This document shows, one piece after another, positions 42,812 through 53,738 of a DNA stretch of 64,000 nucleotides (positions within the stretch are counted from its first letter, which is position 1; each line of letters begins with the position of its first letter). This DNA is from an uncultured bacterium (lineage in GTDB: Bacteria; Acidobacteriota; HRBIN11; JAKEFK01), in contig CAVZQN010000005.1 in assembly GCA_963777505.1 (NCBI GenBank), positions 64,001 through 128,000 of the forward strand. The letters run 5' to 3'. The translations under genes and the position numbers were made by a program. Below the pieces are notes generated by a model that did no database searches, was not told where the DNA came from, and saw only the letters and a program-made list of their open reading frames with translations.

Positions 42812-44789
42812 TCACCCTTTTTGCAGAATTTCGTTTACGGCGCGATAAGCTTGATCAATTGCAGCATCAGCATACGAATAGGCTGCAGCATCGGCGTTTG
42901 CGATTGCCAACCGTCCGAATGGTTTTCGTGCACGTTCACAGGGCAATTCACTTCCATCCAACCAGAATGAATCGTATAAGGAATTGTATTGATACGCATA
43001 ACCATGCGCCCAGCGATTGACTGTAATTGCGCGAATATCTTTTGCCGCATCGAAACCTGAAGGGCTCAGCATTCGCGAAAGTTGTTCGCGAATTTTTAAT
43101 TCGTACGTTTCGAATTTTGTAGTAAACATTTCGAGCCTTCCAGCCTGATGCTGCTGGCGCGCGGGCAAGCCTGGACTGCATGGCGTGCGCACCATATGAA
43201 CGACCATCGGCTCTTCCGGTTGCGTTGAACATTTGTAATTTCCAATACTCACCGGCAAATCCAAGCTTACAAATGAATGATACGAACCGGGACAATAAAC
43301 CATAGACGCGCCAGCCTTCACAAAAGATTTCCAATTCGAAATCAAGACATTTGTATAAAGCAGCGGCACCTTTATACCGTATTCAAGAGCTTCTTGTTGC
43401 GGCTTCGGCAATTCAGGGCAAATATATGGAATTACTGCATTCCAGCACGCAAGAATACAATGCTTCGCTTTCACCTTTTGAAATTTCTTGTCTTTTACAA
43501 AAGCCACATCAACGGAGTTCGAAGAGGCTGGATCGCCATTATGTTTTACCTGAACAACAGTACTGTTTAGACGGATCCGAGTTGGTGAACTGGATTGATC
43601 AAGCTTTGAATAATTACAATGCGCGGTGACGATGTCATCTATGGTTCCGCCGGGAAGCACCCCAGGGATTAAACGCCGGACTAGCAATCGTGCGACGCTT
43701 GCATTCCCATCCGGAAAATGGAAAAAGAATGCTTCGCCGGCTTCCGGATAATACATCGCATCAAAATTCATTCCTTTGCCAAAAGATTCATCCAAATCCA
43801 AGGCCATCAAATCCTGGCAATCCAAGCCCCCATGCATCTTGAGCCGGTACAGCTTCAATCCCCACACCGAAAAGGCCATGAATCCGCGATTGAAAAAACT
43901 TCACAACATCCGTGTGCACTTTCACAACATTTGTTAAAAAATCTGCATAGCTCATGCGCGCGAGCCGATCTTTCTTTTTCGATGAAGATAGACCGGGCAT
44001 GTAATCAACACTTTTTGTATAGAGGCGTTCGAGATCGCGTTTGGCAACTTCGCTAATCGGTGCTTCTGCAAGAAAAGTTTTCCAGGTCTCAGGGTTGCTT
44101 GCTATTTCGTCACCGGTGTCGTCCCATAATCCCCTTAAAGGAAACTTCACAAGGCGGTCTGAACCGAAAGTTTCGCGGTCAAAAAAGACTGCAGGTTTCA
44201 GATTCAAAGAATTATAAATTTCACGTTTCAAAATTTTCGGCCAGCGTTTCATATCAATGCCGAGTTCTTGAATCAATCCTTTTGCAACGGAGCTGAAGGG
44301 AAGTGGACTATCAATAGAAAAAGAGCCGCCAAAACCGAGCATTGTACGGTTGTCAATTCGGAACTCATTCCGCTTTGCGTGTCCGCCAAAATCATCGTGA
44401 TTATCCAAAAGGAGAATTCGTGCGTTATTTCCGATTTGTTTTCTATAGAAATATGCTGCGGAGAGTCCGCTGATTCCTGCACCAACAATCACCAGATCAT
44501 ATTCTTCGCCTGTTTCAGAAGGTGTTCCTGATTTTTTCCAAAATGAACCGTCACGCAATTCATGAGCTACTTCAAATGAACCAGCATGATTTCCGCGCAT
44601 TCCGGTAAGAGCCGGAGGATAGTATTCATCGATCTGTTCCGGTGTGAACTTTGAAGCTTTGTCCGATTCTTTTGAACAAGCAGGAAACAGGGAAGAGCCA
44701 ACGGTTAAGGCAACGCCGTTGAGGAAATCGCGCCGTGTAATCCGGCGGTTCATTCCGAATTTTTCGGAATCACTCTTTTTGTTTTTCAT
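42812..44789 (-). CDS. spdH: Tat-exported FAD-dependent oxidoreductase, spermidine dehydrogenase-like (frameshift at about 43800)
   Basis: ITRRDFLNG Tat motif. YYPPALTGMRGNH, GAGISGL, DFGGHAKRNEF, FHFPDGNAS and ITVNRWAHGYAY motifs. One extra base near 43800. Confidence 0.82.
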
Positions 44790-44888
44790 CGAAAATTATT
44801 GCGGAATTGTGTCGTTCCAGAGGCTTGGCCATTTTAGCATGAGCCATTCTTTGTGGAAATTGTGAGTCGCTATATATATGATGCGTTC

Positions 44889-47320
44889 TTAATCCACCGG
44901 AAGTTTCATTTTTTTCAGAAACGCCGTCCACCGTGGATCACGCTCAAGGCTGCGCAGCAGCGGATCGCCTTTCATTTCGCTCAGGCCGCCGTCGCGTTGT
45001 TTGTAGGCGCGCTCGAGCCACTCGAAGGCTTTGTCCGTTTCGCCACGGTAAGCGTAGATCTGAGCAATCTGGAATGCTGCACTCACTCTGAAATTTGTCA
45101 ATGATACTCCGCCAGTGCAGCATCGGCTTCCTTCTTCTTTCCTGAGGCATGATAGGCAAGTGCAAGTCCTGTACGCGCGCCAGCGGGCTCCGGTTCTTTC
45201 TGGATCTCGGCAAGTGCTTCTTCTGATTTGGATTGCATCAAATAGAAGAGGCCCAGAGCACCTGTGCGTACCAGGAAATTGTGGGTTCAGCTCCAGAGCC
45301 TTCCGGAACGCTGCATCAGCTTCTTCCAATCGTCCGGCGGAATATGAAGTGATTACCCAGATTGCTGTATGTTGTGACTCGGAGCGGATCGAGCTGGATT
45401 GCACGGCGGTCGAGCGGGATCGCCTCGTCGTAACGACCAAGCGTTGATGCAAGGGCAGCTGCGCCGCGGACGACATCCGTATTTCCTGGCTCAAGCTGCA
45501 ATGCACGCTGGTAGGCTGCATCAGCACCGGTCCAGTCCCAGTCGTAATTGCCCAGCTTAATCCATCCAATCTGTGCATAAGCCTCGGCCGAGGTTTGGAT
45601 CCAGTTCCAGCGCCTTTTCTGCTTCCTTTCTGCGCTTTTGCAAGTAACCTTCGTCTACAGGCACGTAGCCAGAATCGGCCTGAGCGAAGTGTGCACCGTG
45701 GACAATCCCGACCCAGGCTGCGTGCATAATTCGGGTCGATCTGCAGCGCCTGCTCGAAGTAGTCCAGTCGCGTTTTCGAGATCTTTCTTGGTCGCGACGG
45801 TCGCGGAAGTAGCGTCCTTGCAGGTACGCGTTATAGGCTTCGGGATTTGTCTGCTGTGCTTTTGGATTCTGTCCGCCGTCCAGCGTTACTTTCAACGCTT
45901 CTGATACCGATCCAGCAATTTCATCTTGAACAGCAAAGATATTTTCCATCTGCCGGTCGTAAGTCTGCGACCACAGATGCGAGTCGGTTGATACTTCGAT
46001 CAACTGCGCGGTAATTCGCAACTGGTTTCCAGCCTTCCGAACACTCCCTTCTAATACATGCGTCACATTCAGTTCTTTGGCGATTTTTTTGATATTGACT
46101 TCTTTCCCTTTGAAAGAGAAGGCGGAGGTGCGCGAAGTAACTTGCAGTTTCGGATTTCTTGCAAGCACGTTTAGCAGTTCTTCGGTCAGTCCATCGGAAA
46201 AGTATTCTTGCTCTTTGTCCGCGCTCAAGTTGGTAAACGGCAGAACGGCAATGGCGGTCTTGCTGGTTGCTGCAACCGGCGCGGCCGTTTTCGGCTGTTC
46301 GCGTTTGAAGAGGAAGAATGCTACTGTGAATAGTACTACAACGATAGCAGCAATGCCGATCCATACTCCCATCTTTTTCGGAGGGCGGCCCTCCGTGGCC
46401 GCCGTTTCAATGGCGGGCAGGGACGCCTGCCTCCGTGCAGGGAGGGCCCGCACCACATTCGAAAACGATGTATCACGTTTCAATCGCTGCAAATCGGTGC
46501 GCATTTCTGCTGCACTTTGATACCGCAGATTGCGATCCTTCTCCATTGCCTTTGCAATAATTTCTTCAAGCTTTGCAGGAACTTTCGGATTCAATCGCAC
46601 AGGTGCAGCAGGCTCCTTAGTAAAGATTGCTTCCAGCGTTTCACCGGTGGTTTGACCGCCGAAGGGGAGTGCACCGGTTACCATCTCATAAAGCACTACA
46701 CCAAATGAGAAAAGATCGGTGCGCGCATCCAAGTCTTTTCCGCGTGCTTGTTCGGGAGACATGTAAGCAACAGTCCCCATGGTCGATCCACTCTTGGTCA
46801 GTTGTTGCGGTTCACTGGCTGTTGGCATTTCAGTATCTGTTGATTCGATGCCGCTTTGTTTGGCCAAACCGAAATCGAGGACCTTTGCCTGTGCGCGTTC
46901 GGTAACGAAAATATTGGCTGGCTTTATGTCGCGATGAATGATCTTTTTCGCATGAGCTGCATCGAGTGCATCCGCAATCTGTGATCCCAGTTCCAGAACT
47001 TGATCGATGTCCATCGGCTTTTGATTGATCGTATGCTTGAGCGTCTTTCCTTCCATTAGCTCCATCGCGATAAACGGACGCCCTTCATGTTCACCGATTT
47101 CGTAGATCGTACAAATGTTTGGATGGTTGAGTGCCGATGCAGATTGCGCTTCGCGGCGGAACCGTTCCAGCGTTTCGGGAGTCTTTGCCAGATCCTCAGG
47201 CAGGAATTTGAGCGCCACATGACGTTTGAGGTTAAGATCTTCCGCCTCATACACCACGCCCATTCCGCCACCACCGAGCTTATTTAAAATACGGTAATGA
47301 GAAACGCTTTCCCCGATCAC
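44889..47320 (-). pseudogene. Ser/Thr kinase - TM - TolB-like - TPR paralog with multiple frameshifts in the TPR region
   Basis: Intact kinase and TolB-like parts closely match 34967-37320. TPR motifs are scattered over three frames at about 45050-45800. Same C-terminal LPVD. Confidence 0.8.
46380..46452. repeat. Nested REP-like palindromes inside kinase linker (in frame)
   Basis: GGCGGCC-CTCCGT-GGCCGCC, and GCGGGC..[CCTGC-CTCCGT-GCAGG]..GCCCGC. Absent from the paralog. Confidence 0.7.
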
Positions 47321-47494
47321 ACTTCCCCGAATTTAGTTGCACATACTTTAACATCAAAATCATCAACTAGGAATGACAGAAGATTCTTAAACGTAACTCT
47401 TTTTGCGGTCATTACTATCGGGTTCAGCGCGCACAAGCATCGTTATTTGCCAGTGCGCGCATTCCCTAGAGACTAAAGGAGATTTATTTACGTA

Positions 47495-50400
47495 TCAGGC
47501 TGAAATCTTTTCAAATCGCGGGGTGCGATACCCTGAGTGTTGAATCAGGTGTTGCGCTATACCCATAAAATCTTCGCCATAACGTTCCTCAAGCTGGCGA
47601 GTGGATTCTTCCAGTTTTTCAAAATGTTCCATTTCGTTTTGTAGTTCAACAAGTTTCTGTAAACTAACGCGATACGCTTCGAGCGATTTTCTTGCGTTGC
47701 CTTGCACCATTTCCGCAAACGGTTCGAATATTCCGAACTGATCTGCGACGTCTGCTGGGATGTGGTTATTACGCAGTTCAGCTAATCCTGCTTGATAATC
47801 GCCATGGACCATAGACTGGAACAGTGGCTGTGCGGACGTCAGCATGCTCAACAACTGTTGCACGTCTGTTCCTGCGAATGCATTGAGTCCTGAAAAATTG
47901 TTCAAAGTTGAACGAAGATCTCCACTTGCAATCGCGTTCAAGAATCTAGATCCTGACCGTGTCAGATCATTCACCATCTGAAATTGCGGCGAGCCAAGGA
48001 TCTGGTTTGCTGATGCTGAGATTTGACCGACTGCTTGCGACAGACCGCCACCGCCGATTACTTGCAGGAATCCGTTTTCACCACGCAGTACATTTACGAG
48101 TTGCTGCGGATTGCCGCTCCCTAACGCTCCAATCAAATTTGATACCTGACCGAGCGAATTAATAAGACTTGCACCAGGTCCGGCGTTCAGCAATTCATGG
48201 CTTGTAAGTAAACTGCCAACTGCTCTACCGTAGTCGCCCTTGCTCAAGGAATTAACAAATCCTAATCCGTCATTCACCCAACCTAAAGCCCGCGCAGCAT
48301 CAGGATTATTGGCAATGAACGGGGCCAGTTCATTGGAAACAATTCCAAGCGCCTTGCTTGCATCTCCACTTGCAATTGCATCGATGAATGGAGCAGCTTT
48401 TTGGCTGTACTGAGTAACTTGCTGAATGAGGGGGTTATTACCTAAGACAGGTCCTAAAACTCCGGTGGCGCCATTCACAATTCCTGTAACATCGCCACGG
48501 CTGATTCCATCTGCTAGGGCGAATGTTTTCTTTGCATATTCCATTACTGGACCGGAACCGACTCCTGCAAAACTACCGACCGCTCCTAGAACATTTCCAT
48601 CTGCTACACTCGTTCCAATGCCGATAGCTGCTTGACCTACTTTACCAGCGGTAGTAAAAGCTGCTTTTGTTGCGCCACCAATTGCAGCACCCACACCGGG
48701 AAGTGCACTGGCCATGTTTGAAAACATTCCCAGTACGTCACCTTTCGCGGCTGACATGGCTGCTTTTACGCCGAAATAAATTCCACCAATCACATTCCCT
48801 ACACCAGGAACACAAGCAACAACTGCCATTGCTATATCAGCGATCGGTCCAAGAGATGCAATAAAATCCTCTGTGAAACTGGTTGGAACTGGATACATAC
48901 TGCGAGCGGCTTCACTAACGTTACCCAAATGTTGAGTGAATGCACCGGTTGAATTCTCAAATTTCGCGATTCTTGCGCGCAATTCCTGAGCTTCCCGACT
49001 GTTCGGTCCTAATGTTCTTTCTATAGTGGCAAGCTGATGTTTGAGCGGACCGACAATGGCCTGACTGTGGCCATGCATTTGCTCGGCTCCTTTGCCATAA
49101 ATGTGAGCCATCCGTTTTGTTACAAGTCCACTCATTTCTTGTTCTGTAAGGCCATACTTAACCCGAAGTGAATCCATTTTCTGAGTCATATACTTTTCTC
49201 GGGCTTCCTTTAGATCAAGGTCATTTTGCTGTGCATATTCCTGGACCTTCTGTTCGAAATCAGGAGCGCTTGCGATTCTGTTTGCTTCAGCTGTTAATTC
49301 AGTGAAATCCATCTTCGGATGACCCTTGAGTTCACGATCACGCTGAATGAGTGCAAGCTCATTTTCGGCCTGTGGATCCTCATCAAGAGCGTACATATCC
49401 TTCGCCATGTCTTTTTTAACTTTGCCCGCTGCTTGATTGCCTGCCTGCTGGAGTGGATCATTGGCGTCATTTGGATCCATCTTGTATTCCGGACCCACTG
49501 CATCAACTTCGTTCTCCGTCGGATTGCGGGTAGCGGTATATTCTGCATGCTTTTTTGGATCCGCTAATATGTTCTCGTGTTGCTTGGCAAGCGCTGGATC
49601 ATCGGCTAATTCGGTTCGTCCCCATCCCCCCATTAGCTTATTGATTTTTTCTTTGCTTTCATCATCATCCATGTCATTGAGAATTTCTTTTCCGCCAACC
49701 AGATTCACAAGCTCATCAAACTCTGCCTTATCTTTGCAGCTTAACAGGATTCTTTTAATCGCAGCATCCTGATGATCTTTTGTATAACCACGCTGAAGTT
49801 CTTTGATTAACTTTGCCTTCTCGCCTGGTGTTGCAACTTTCATAGCGTCTTTGTCTTCCGATAGTTTGACCGCAAGATCGGAATCTTCATACATTGCCGC
49901 ACGCCCAAATGCTTCGCGATATTCTTTTACTTTTTCAGGCGGCAAACCATAACCTAGTTTGGGCATATCAAAACGCTTTGCCACTGCCTCGAGCCGTTTT
50001 AATAGTTCAGGATCTTTGACCTGGTGTTTCAGATCCAGGCCGCCGAGTTCAGTTGCCAGTTCTCTAGCCTCTTCGGGTGTTTCGCACTTTTCTAACATCT
50101 CGATAGCTTTAGTTGCTGATTCTTTTTCTGTATTAATCCACTTGCTTTCAGCTTCTTTGAACCATTGCTTTGCCTGATCTTCTTCAAGTTCGTCGAAAAC
50201 TAAATGGCCTCCTGCAAGTTCCGTAACTTTGTTCCATTCGGCTTTGGAATTTACGCTAGCGCAAATTCTTGCGATAGAGCAGTCTTGACTTCCATCGGTA
50301 TCTCCATCCATCAGTTGCTTGATGAGCTTCGCTTTTTGTTCAGGAGATAGTTTTTTTAGCATTTCAGGGTCATTAGAAATCCTTTCGGCTTCTTCGTCAT

Positions 50401-51271
50401 CGGCACAGGCAATTCTGTCATCAATCTTTTTTTGATCTTCTGCGGAAACCTTGGGCTTCTTTGATTCGTCAATTTTTCCGCCAGCAAGGCCGCCTGAATC
50501 TTTAAGCTTTTTCGCTTCTTCCATACGTTTTTGATGTGCAGCCGGATCTCCAGAACCAAACTCTGTTACCTTTTCGCCTTCAGAAAGCTCACCGGATTCC
50601 GGATCTAATTCACTTTTTTCTGTTTTTGTAGATGTCGATTTTTTTGGATTAAATGCATCGGGCGAATATCCAAGAGGCATTTGGCCGGGTCGTCCTTGTA
50701 ATGCAGAGAGCATCATTGCAAATTGTCTAAGGATTTCACCCATTGGATCTCCTGACTCGGCTTGATTGCCAGCCGGCTGCGCAATCTTTTCAGAAATCGT
50801 TTCGTGAAGGGTGGTCTCTGCCTGATCACCTGCATCTAACAGATCAAACGCAGCACGTGTATCCATTTCAGGTGGTAATGACAAGTTTTGAGCTTGAGAA
50901 AGAATCATGTCTAGTTGTTGAAAGGCTTCCAACATCGGATCAGACTCTGGTAAACCTTGTAGATGCTGCTCAAGATTGCGGATTTGTCTGCTAAGTTCGG
51001 AGAGCGGCACCTGGCTCTCTTGAACTACCGCTTTCTTTGATGCGGTTGTGTCCATTTTCAAAAACTGATTTTGTAAAATTTGAGCGGTCAGAGTTTCTAT
51101 TGCTCTGATCTGTTGTCTTTCAGTTCGAATTCCCTGTTCCGTTTGTGGCTGATGAGACGTCTCGCTATGAATCAGCGCTTCGTCTTCTGATAGTTGATCA
51201 ACAGAAGCTTGATCCAGTTTTTCCGCTAAGATTTGCGCAAGTTGTTGATTGTTGTTTGTGCTGCGAATCAT
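47495..51271 (-). CDS. 1258-aa hypothetical protein: annexin-like helical repeats, hydrophobic Gly/Ala-rich region, C-terminal coiled coil; putative secreted translocator/effector
   Basis: AAGGAG RBS and no signal peptide. Duplicated KAKLIK.L..G.T...QD..I.RI unit. Hydrophobic IADIAMAVVACVPGVGNVIGGIYFGV. Repeated xxGD/GN helical units. The CDS is solid; the function is inferred. Confidence 0.85.
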   Translation of the reverse strand: MIRSTNNNQQLAQILAEKLDQASVDQLSEDEALIHSETSHQPQTEQGIRTERQQIRAIETLTAQILQNQFLKMDTTASKKAVVQESQVPLSELSRQIRNLEQHLQGLPESDPMLEAFQQLDMILSQAQNLSLPPEMDTRAAFDLLDAGDQAETTLHETISEKIAQPAGNQAESGDPMGEILRQFAMMLSALQGRPGQMPLGYSPDAFNPKKSTSTKTEKSELDPESGELSEGEKVTEFGSGDPAAHQKRMEEAKKLKDSGGLAGGKIDESKKPKVSAEDQKKIDDRIACADDEEAERISNDPEMLKKLSPEQKAKLIKQLMDGDTDGSQDCSIARICASVNSKAEWNKVTELAGGHLVFDELEEDQAKQWFKEAESKWINTEKESATKAIEMLEKCETPEEARELATELGGLDLKHQVKDPELLKRLEAVAKRFDMPKLGYGLPPEKVKEYREAFGRAAMYEDSDLAVKLSEDKDAMKVATPGEKAKLIKELQRGYTKDHQDAAIKRILLSCKDKAEFDELVNLVGGKEILNDMDDDESKEKINKLMGGWGRTELADDPALAKQHENILADPKKHAEYTATRNPTENEVDAVGPEYKMDPNDANDPLQQAGNQAAGKVKKDMAKDMYALDEDPQAENELALIQRDRELKGHPKMDFTELTAEANRIASAPDFEQKVQEYAQQNDLDLKEAREKYMTQKMDSLRVKYGLTEQEMSGLVTKRMAHIYGKGAEQMHGHSQAIVGPLKHQLATIERTLGPNSREAQELRARIAKFENSTGAFTQHLGNVSEAARSMYPVPTSFTEDFIASLGPIADIAMAVVACVPGVGNVIGGIYFGVKAAMSAAKGDVLGMFSNMASALPGVGAAIGGATKAAFTTAGKVGQAAIGIGTSVADGNVLGAVGSFAGVGSGPVMEYAKKTFALADGISRGDVTGIVNGATGVLGPVLGNNPLIQQVTQYSQKAAPFIDAIASGDASKALGIVSNELAPFIANNPDAARALGWVNDGLGFVNSLSKGDYGRAVGSLLTSHELLNAGPGASLINSLGQVSNLIGALGSGNPQQLVNVLRGENGFLQVIGGGGLSQAVGQISASANQILGSPQFQMVNDLTRSGSRFLNAIASGDLRSTLNNFSGLNAFAGTDVQQLLSMLTSAQPLFQSMVHGDYQAGLAELRNNHIPADVADQFGIFEPFAEMVQGNARKSLEAYRVSLQKLVELQNEMEHFEKLEESTRQLEERYGEDFMGIAQHLIQHSGYRTPRFEKISA

Positions 51272-51355
51272 AATTCTTTCTCCTTACTCAGGAACCTTAG
51301 TTCCAATTATTTTTTGACTAGCACTTTTCAATTTCTGTGCCTCACATTCCCCTTA

Positions 51356-51371
51356 AGCAATCGCCATACCA
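51356..51371 (-). promoter_or_regulatory. Sigma54 (-24/-12) promoter for the 1258-aa gene
   Basis: Minus strand TGGTATGGCGATTGCT matches TGGYAYG-N4-TTGCW, 85 nt upstream of the ATG. Confidence 0.75.
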
Positions 51372-51457
51372 TGCTTGGAATTGTGCCAACACGAGGATGC
51401 TACTGATGAAGCCACTGGAATGGTTCAAAGTCTTTTTAGCGGAAACGCTAAAATGTT

Positions 51458-51471
51458 TGGCAATTTTGCCA
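51458..51471. promoter_or_regulatory. Palindrome, candidate enhancer (UAS) for a sigma54 activator
   Basis: TGGCAATTTTGCCA, about 90-110 bp from both sigma54 promoters. Confidence 0.5.
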
Positions 51472-51577
51472 CTCTAAGCTGAGTCCTGCTGAAAAAAATC
51501 TTCTTCTAACTTCAAGAAAAATTTACATGCTCTCAATAACTTAAAATCGTCCTGCCAAATTCATGTTGAATACCGTC

Positions 51578-51593
51578 TGGCATGCTGTTTGCT
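51578..51593 (+). promoter_or_regulatory. Sigma54 (-24/-12) promoter for the 696-aa gene
   Basis: TGGCATGCTGTTTGCT is a consensus match, 44 nt upstream of the ATG. Confidence 0.8.
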
Positions 51594-51637
51594 AAACGAT
51601 GTGAGGCAACAAAAATAAATAGCCGGGAGAAGAAAAA

Positions 51638-53728
51638 ATGATTAGAAAAATTGATGGCGCGTTCACCGGAACGATTGCTCAATCTGCAGAGCCAGCTAGC
51701 GCAGAAAAAACAAACCAACCAATTCTTGAAAATGCAAAGCAGGTCATTGAAAACTCAAATTTGGCTGTTCGCGAAGATGCTAAAGCACCCCCCGATCTGC
51801 GTAACACTCAACTTCAAGAGAGTGCGCTGGCCGGACAAACAATGGCAGTGCGACTTTCATCAATGATTACATCTTCGCCTGTCACAGAAACAGAGACCGA
51901 TAAGAAGCCTCCGAAATCCACAGAAACTGCGGCGCCGCGTGAACTATCCCGGTGGAAAAATAATGAAGGTACAGACGTTGAGAGTATGCAAACACAGATT
52001 AATGAATGGAGGGCACAAAATGGAAAACCTCCAATTAAAGTAGACGGCAAATTTGGAGCAGAAACCGAAAAAGCAGTGATTGAATTTCAAAAGGCAACAG
52101 GTCTGAAGGCAGATGGAATTGTTGGAGCGAATACACGCAGCAGACTTCAATTAGAGAATGACGCCAACTTCCGAGCGTTGCCGGATGCGACTAAAAAAGA
52201 AGTTCGCGACTCTATGAACAAATATCAAAAAGATCCTGCAGCACGTGAAAATCTTCATGAACTTGCAACCAGTTCAGCTTTTAAGGGTATGTCACGCGAT
52301 GGCCAGGAGCTTGCCCTCAAAAAACTGGCAAAGAACCCAGGAGATGTATCACATGCACAAGACGTGGGTGAGTATGCAAAGGATCGCTCTTACATGGAAT
52401 CGCATGGCAATTTCAAAGCTCTCGATGCTACATATAAAGAAAAAGTGCTGAAACAGTTTGATGGTTATGCAGGCAATGCGGAAGCACGACAATCCTTAAT
52501 GTATATCGCAACCGATGAAAGTTTTGTCAAATTGACCCCGGATCAAAAAGACAAAGTTCTTAAAGCTTACGCTGAAAATCCAAACTTTGAGACATCCGCC
52601 GATCTTCGCAAGGTTATCAGTAACGAAGCATTTGCTGGAATGGATGATTCGCTAAAAAACCGATCACTCGACATCGCCGTAAAAAATGCGAAAGATACGC
52701 AAGCCAGCTTCGATCTCGGGATGCTTTTTACGGAAGACAAGTTCGCTAGCTTGTCAAATGCTGATAAGGCGAAAGTGTTGAACGTATTTGAAAATGCTAC
52801 ACCGGCAGGCAGAAGAGAACTCCGCCACTTATTAAATAAGGAAGTAAATGGAAAGCCTGCTTTGTTGGCTACTTCTCCTGGCAGCAGTGCGACTACTCTG
52901 GATCATCTAAATCGTTTGGCTGAAACTCCTTTACATTCAGCGATCACAGACAGCACAGGCTCACCTCAAAACAAATCAAAAGTCATGGAGGATGTGCTGA
53001 AGGAGATCAACAAGCCGAGCCAAAATCTGAATCAAGGCAACAAAGGGACATGCACGGTTACCAGCATGACACACACTCTGGCAGAACAGAATCCAGCTGA
53101 ATATGCGCGCATCGTTACCGATCTTGCTACAACCGGACAATCTAAAATTGCGAATGGCAACACGATTACTCCACCCGCAGATGGATTCGCGCAGGACAAC
53201 AGTGATCGATCAGTCAGCGAGCGTCTGTTGCAGTCGGCTTTAATGAACTACGCTCGGCCGAGCGCAGGGTATCAAAATTGGAACAAAACCGGATTTCCGA
53301 CTTCCGGCGGCGGAACTGTTGATAATGGCTTTCCACCGAATGGAAGTGGTCTAGTTGCGGCTGATAACATGCGGATCATGCAAGGACTCTATGGAAAACA
53401 AATGGTAAATCATACCGATAAAGCTAAGCTTCAGGCCCAAATCCAAAACGAAATTAATAAAGGCAATGTTCCAATATTCACTGGGGTCAATTGGGGTGCG
53501 GGGCAGGCTCATGCTATTGAAGTTTTGAAAATTGAAAATGGCAGGGTTTATTTTAGGAACCCACATGGGCCGGGAGCGGTATCTTCAAATGGCACAATGA
53601 TGGGTACTGCTGCCAACAACACGAATGCCGGACCGTTGCGCCGAACCGAAGACAGCGCCAATGGCGTCCAATCAATGACCATTAACGATTTCAATAACGC
53701 TGTGAGAGACATCATCGTTGCGAAGTAG
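51638..53728 (+). CDS. Peptidoglycan-binding domain + helical repeats + papain-fold cysteine peptidase-like domain
   Basis: [32 protein letters not shown] (PG_binding_1). Six F-x-x-L/M repeats. QGNKGTC (C472), HAIEV (H625) and RNPHG (N641). No signal peptide. Confidence 0.85.
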   Translation: MIRKIDGAFTGTIAQSAEPASAEKTNQPILENAKQVIENSNLAVREDAKAPPDLRNTQLQESALAGQTMAVRLSSMITSSPVTETETDKKPPKSTETAAPRELSRWKNNEGTDVESMQTQINEWRAQNGKPPIKVDGKFGAETEKAVIEFQKATGLKADGIVGANTRSRLQLENDANFRALPDATKKEVRDSMNKYQKDPAARENLHELATSSAFKGMSRDGQELALKKLAKNPGDVSHAQDVGEYAKDRSYMESHGNFKALDATYKEKVLKQFDGYAGNAEARQSLMYIATDESFVKLTPDQKDKVLKAYAENPNFETSADLRKVISNEAFAGMDDSLKNRSLDIAVKNAKDTQASFDLGMLFTEDKFASLSNADKAKVLNVFENATPAGRRELRHLLNKEVNGKPALLATSPGSSATTLDHLNRLAETPLHSAITDSTGSPQNKSKVMEDVLKEINKPSQNLNQGNKGTCTVTSMTHTLAEQNPAEYARIVTDLATTGQSKIANGNTITPPADGFAQDNSDRSVSERLLQSALMNYARPSAGYQNWNKTGFPTSGGGTVDNGFPPNGSGLVAADNMRIMQGLYGKQMVNHTDKAKLQAQIQNEINKGNVPIFTGVNWGAGQAHAIEVLKIENGRVYFRNPHGPGAVSSNGTMMGTAANNTNAGPLRRTEDSANGVQSMTINDFNNAVRDIIVAK

Positions 53729-53738
53729 GAGTAAAATC

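Noticed and set aside
6271-43804. Single-base frameshifts at about 6271, 7527, 10297, 17648, 36710 and 43800 as programmed frameshifting or phase variation
   Set aside because: They hit unrelated genes, mostly in 2-4 nt homopolymers, without slippery heptamers or long SSRs. Both halves remain well conserved. Long-read consensus error is the simplest explanation.
47495-51271. 1258-aa protein as a phage tape-measure protein or prophage
   Set aside because: No phage structural, terminase or integrase genes lie nearby, and the gene has its own sigma54-type promoter.
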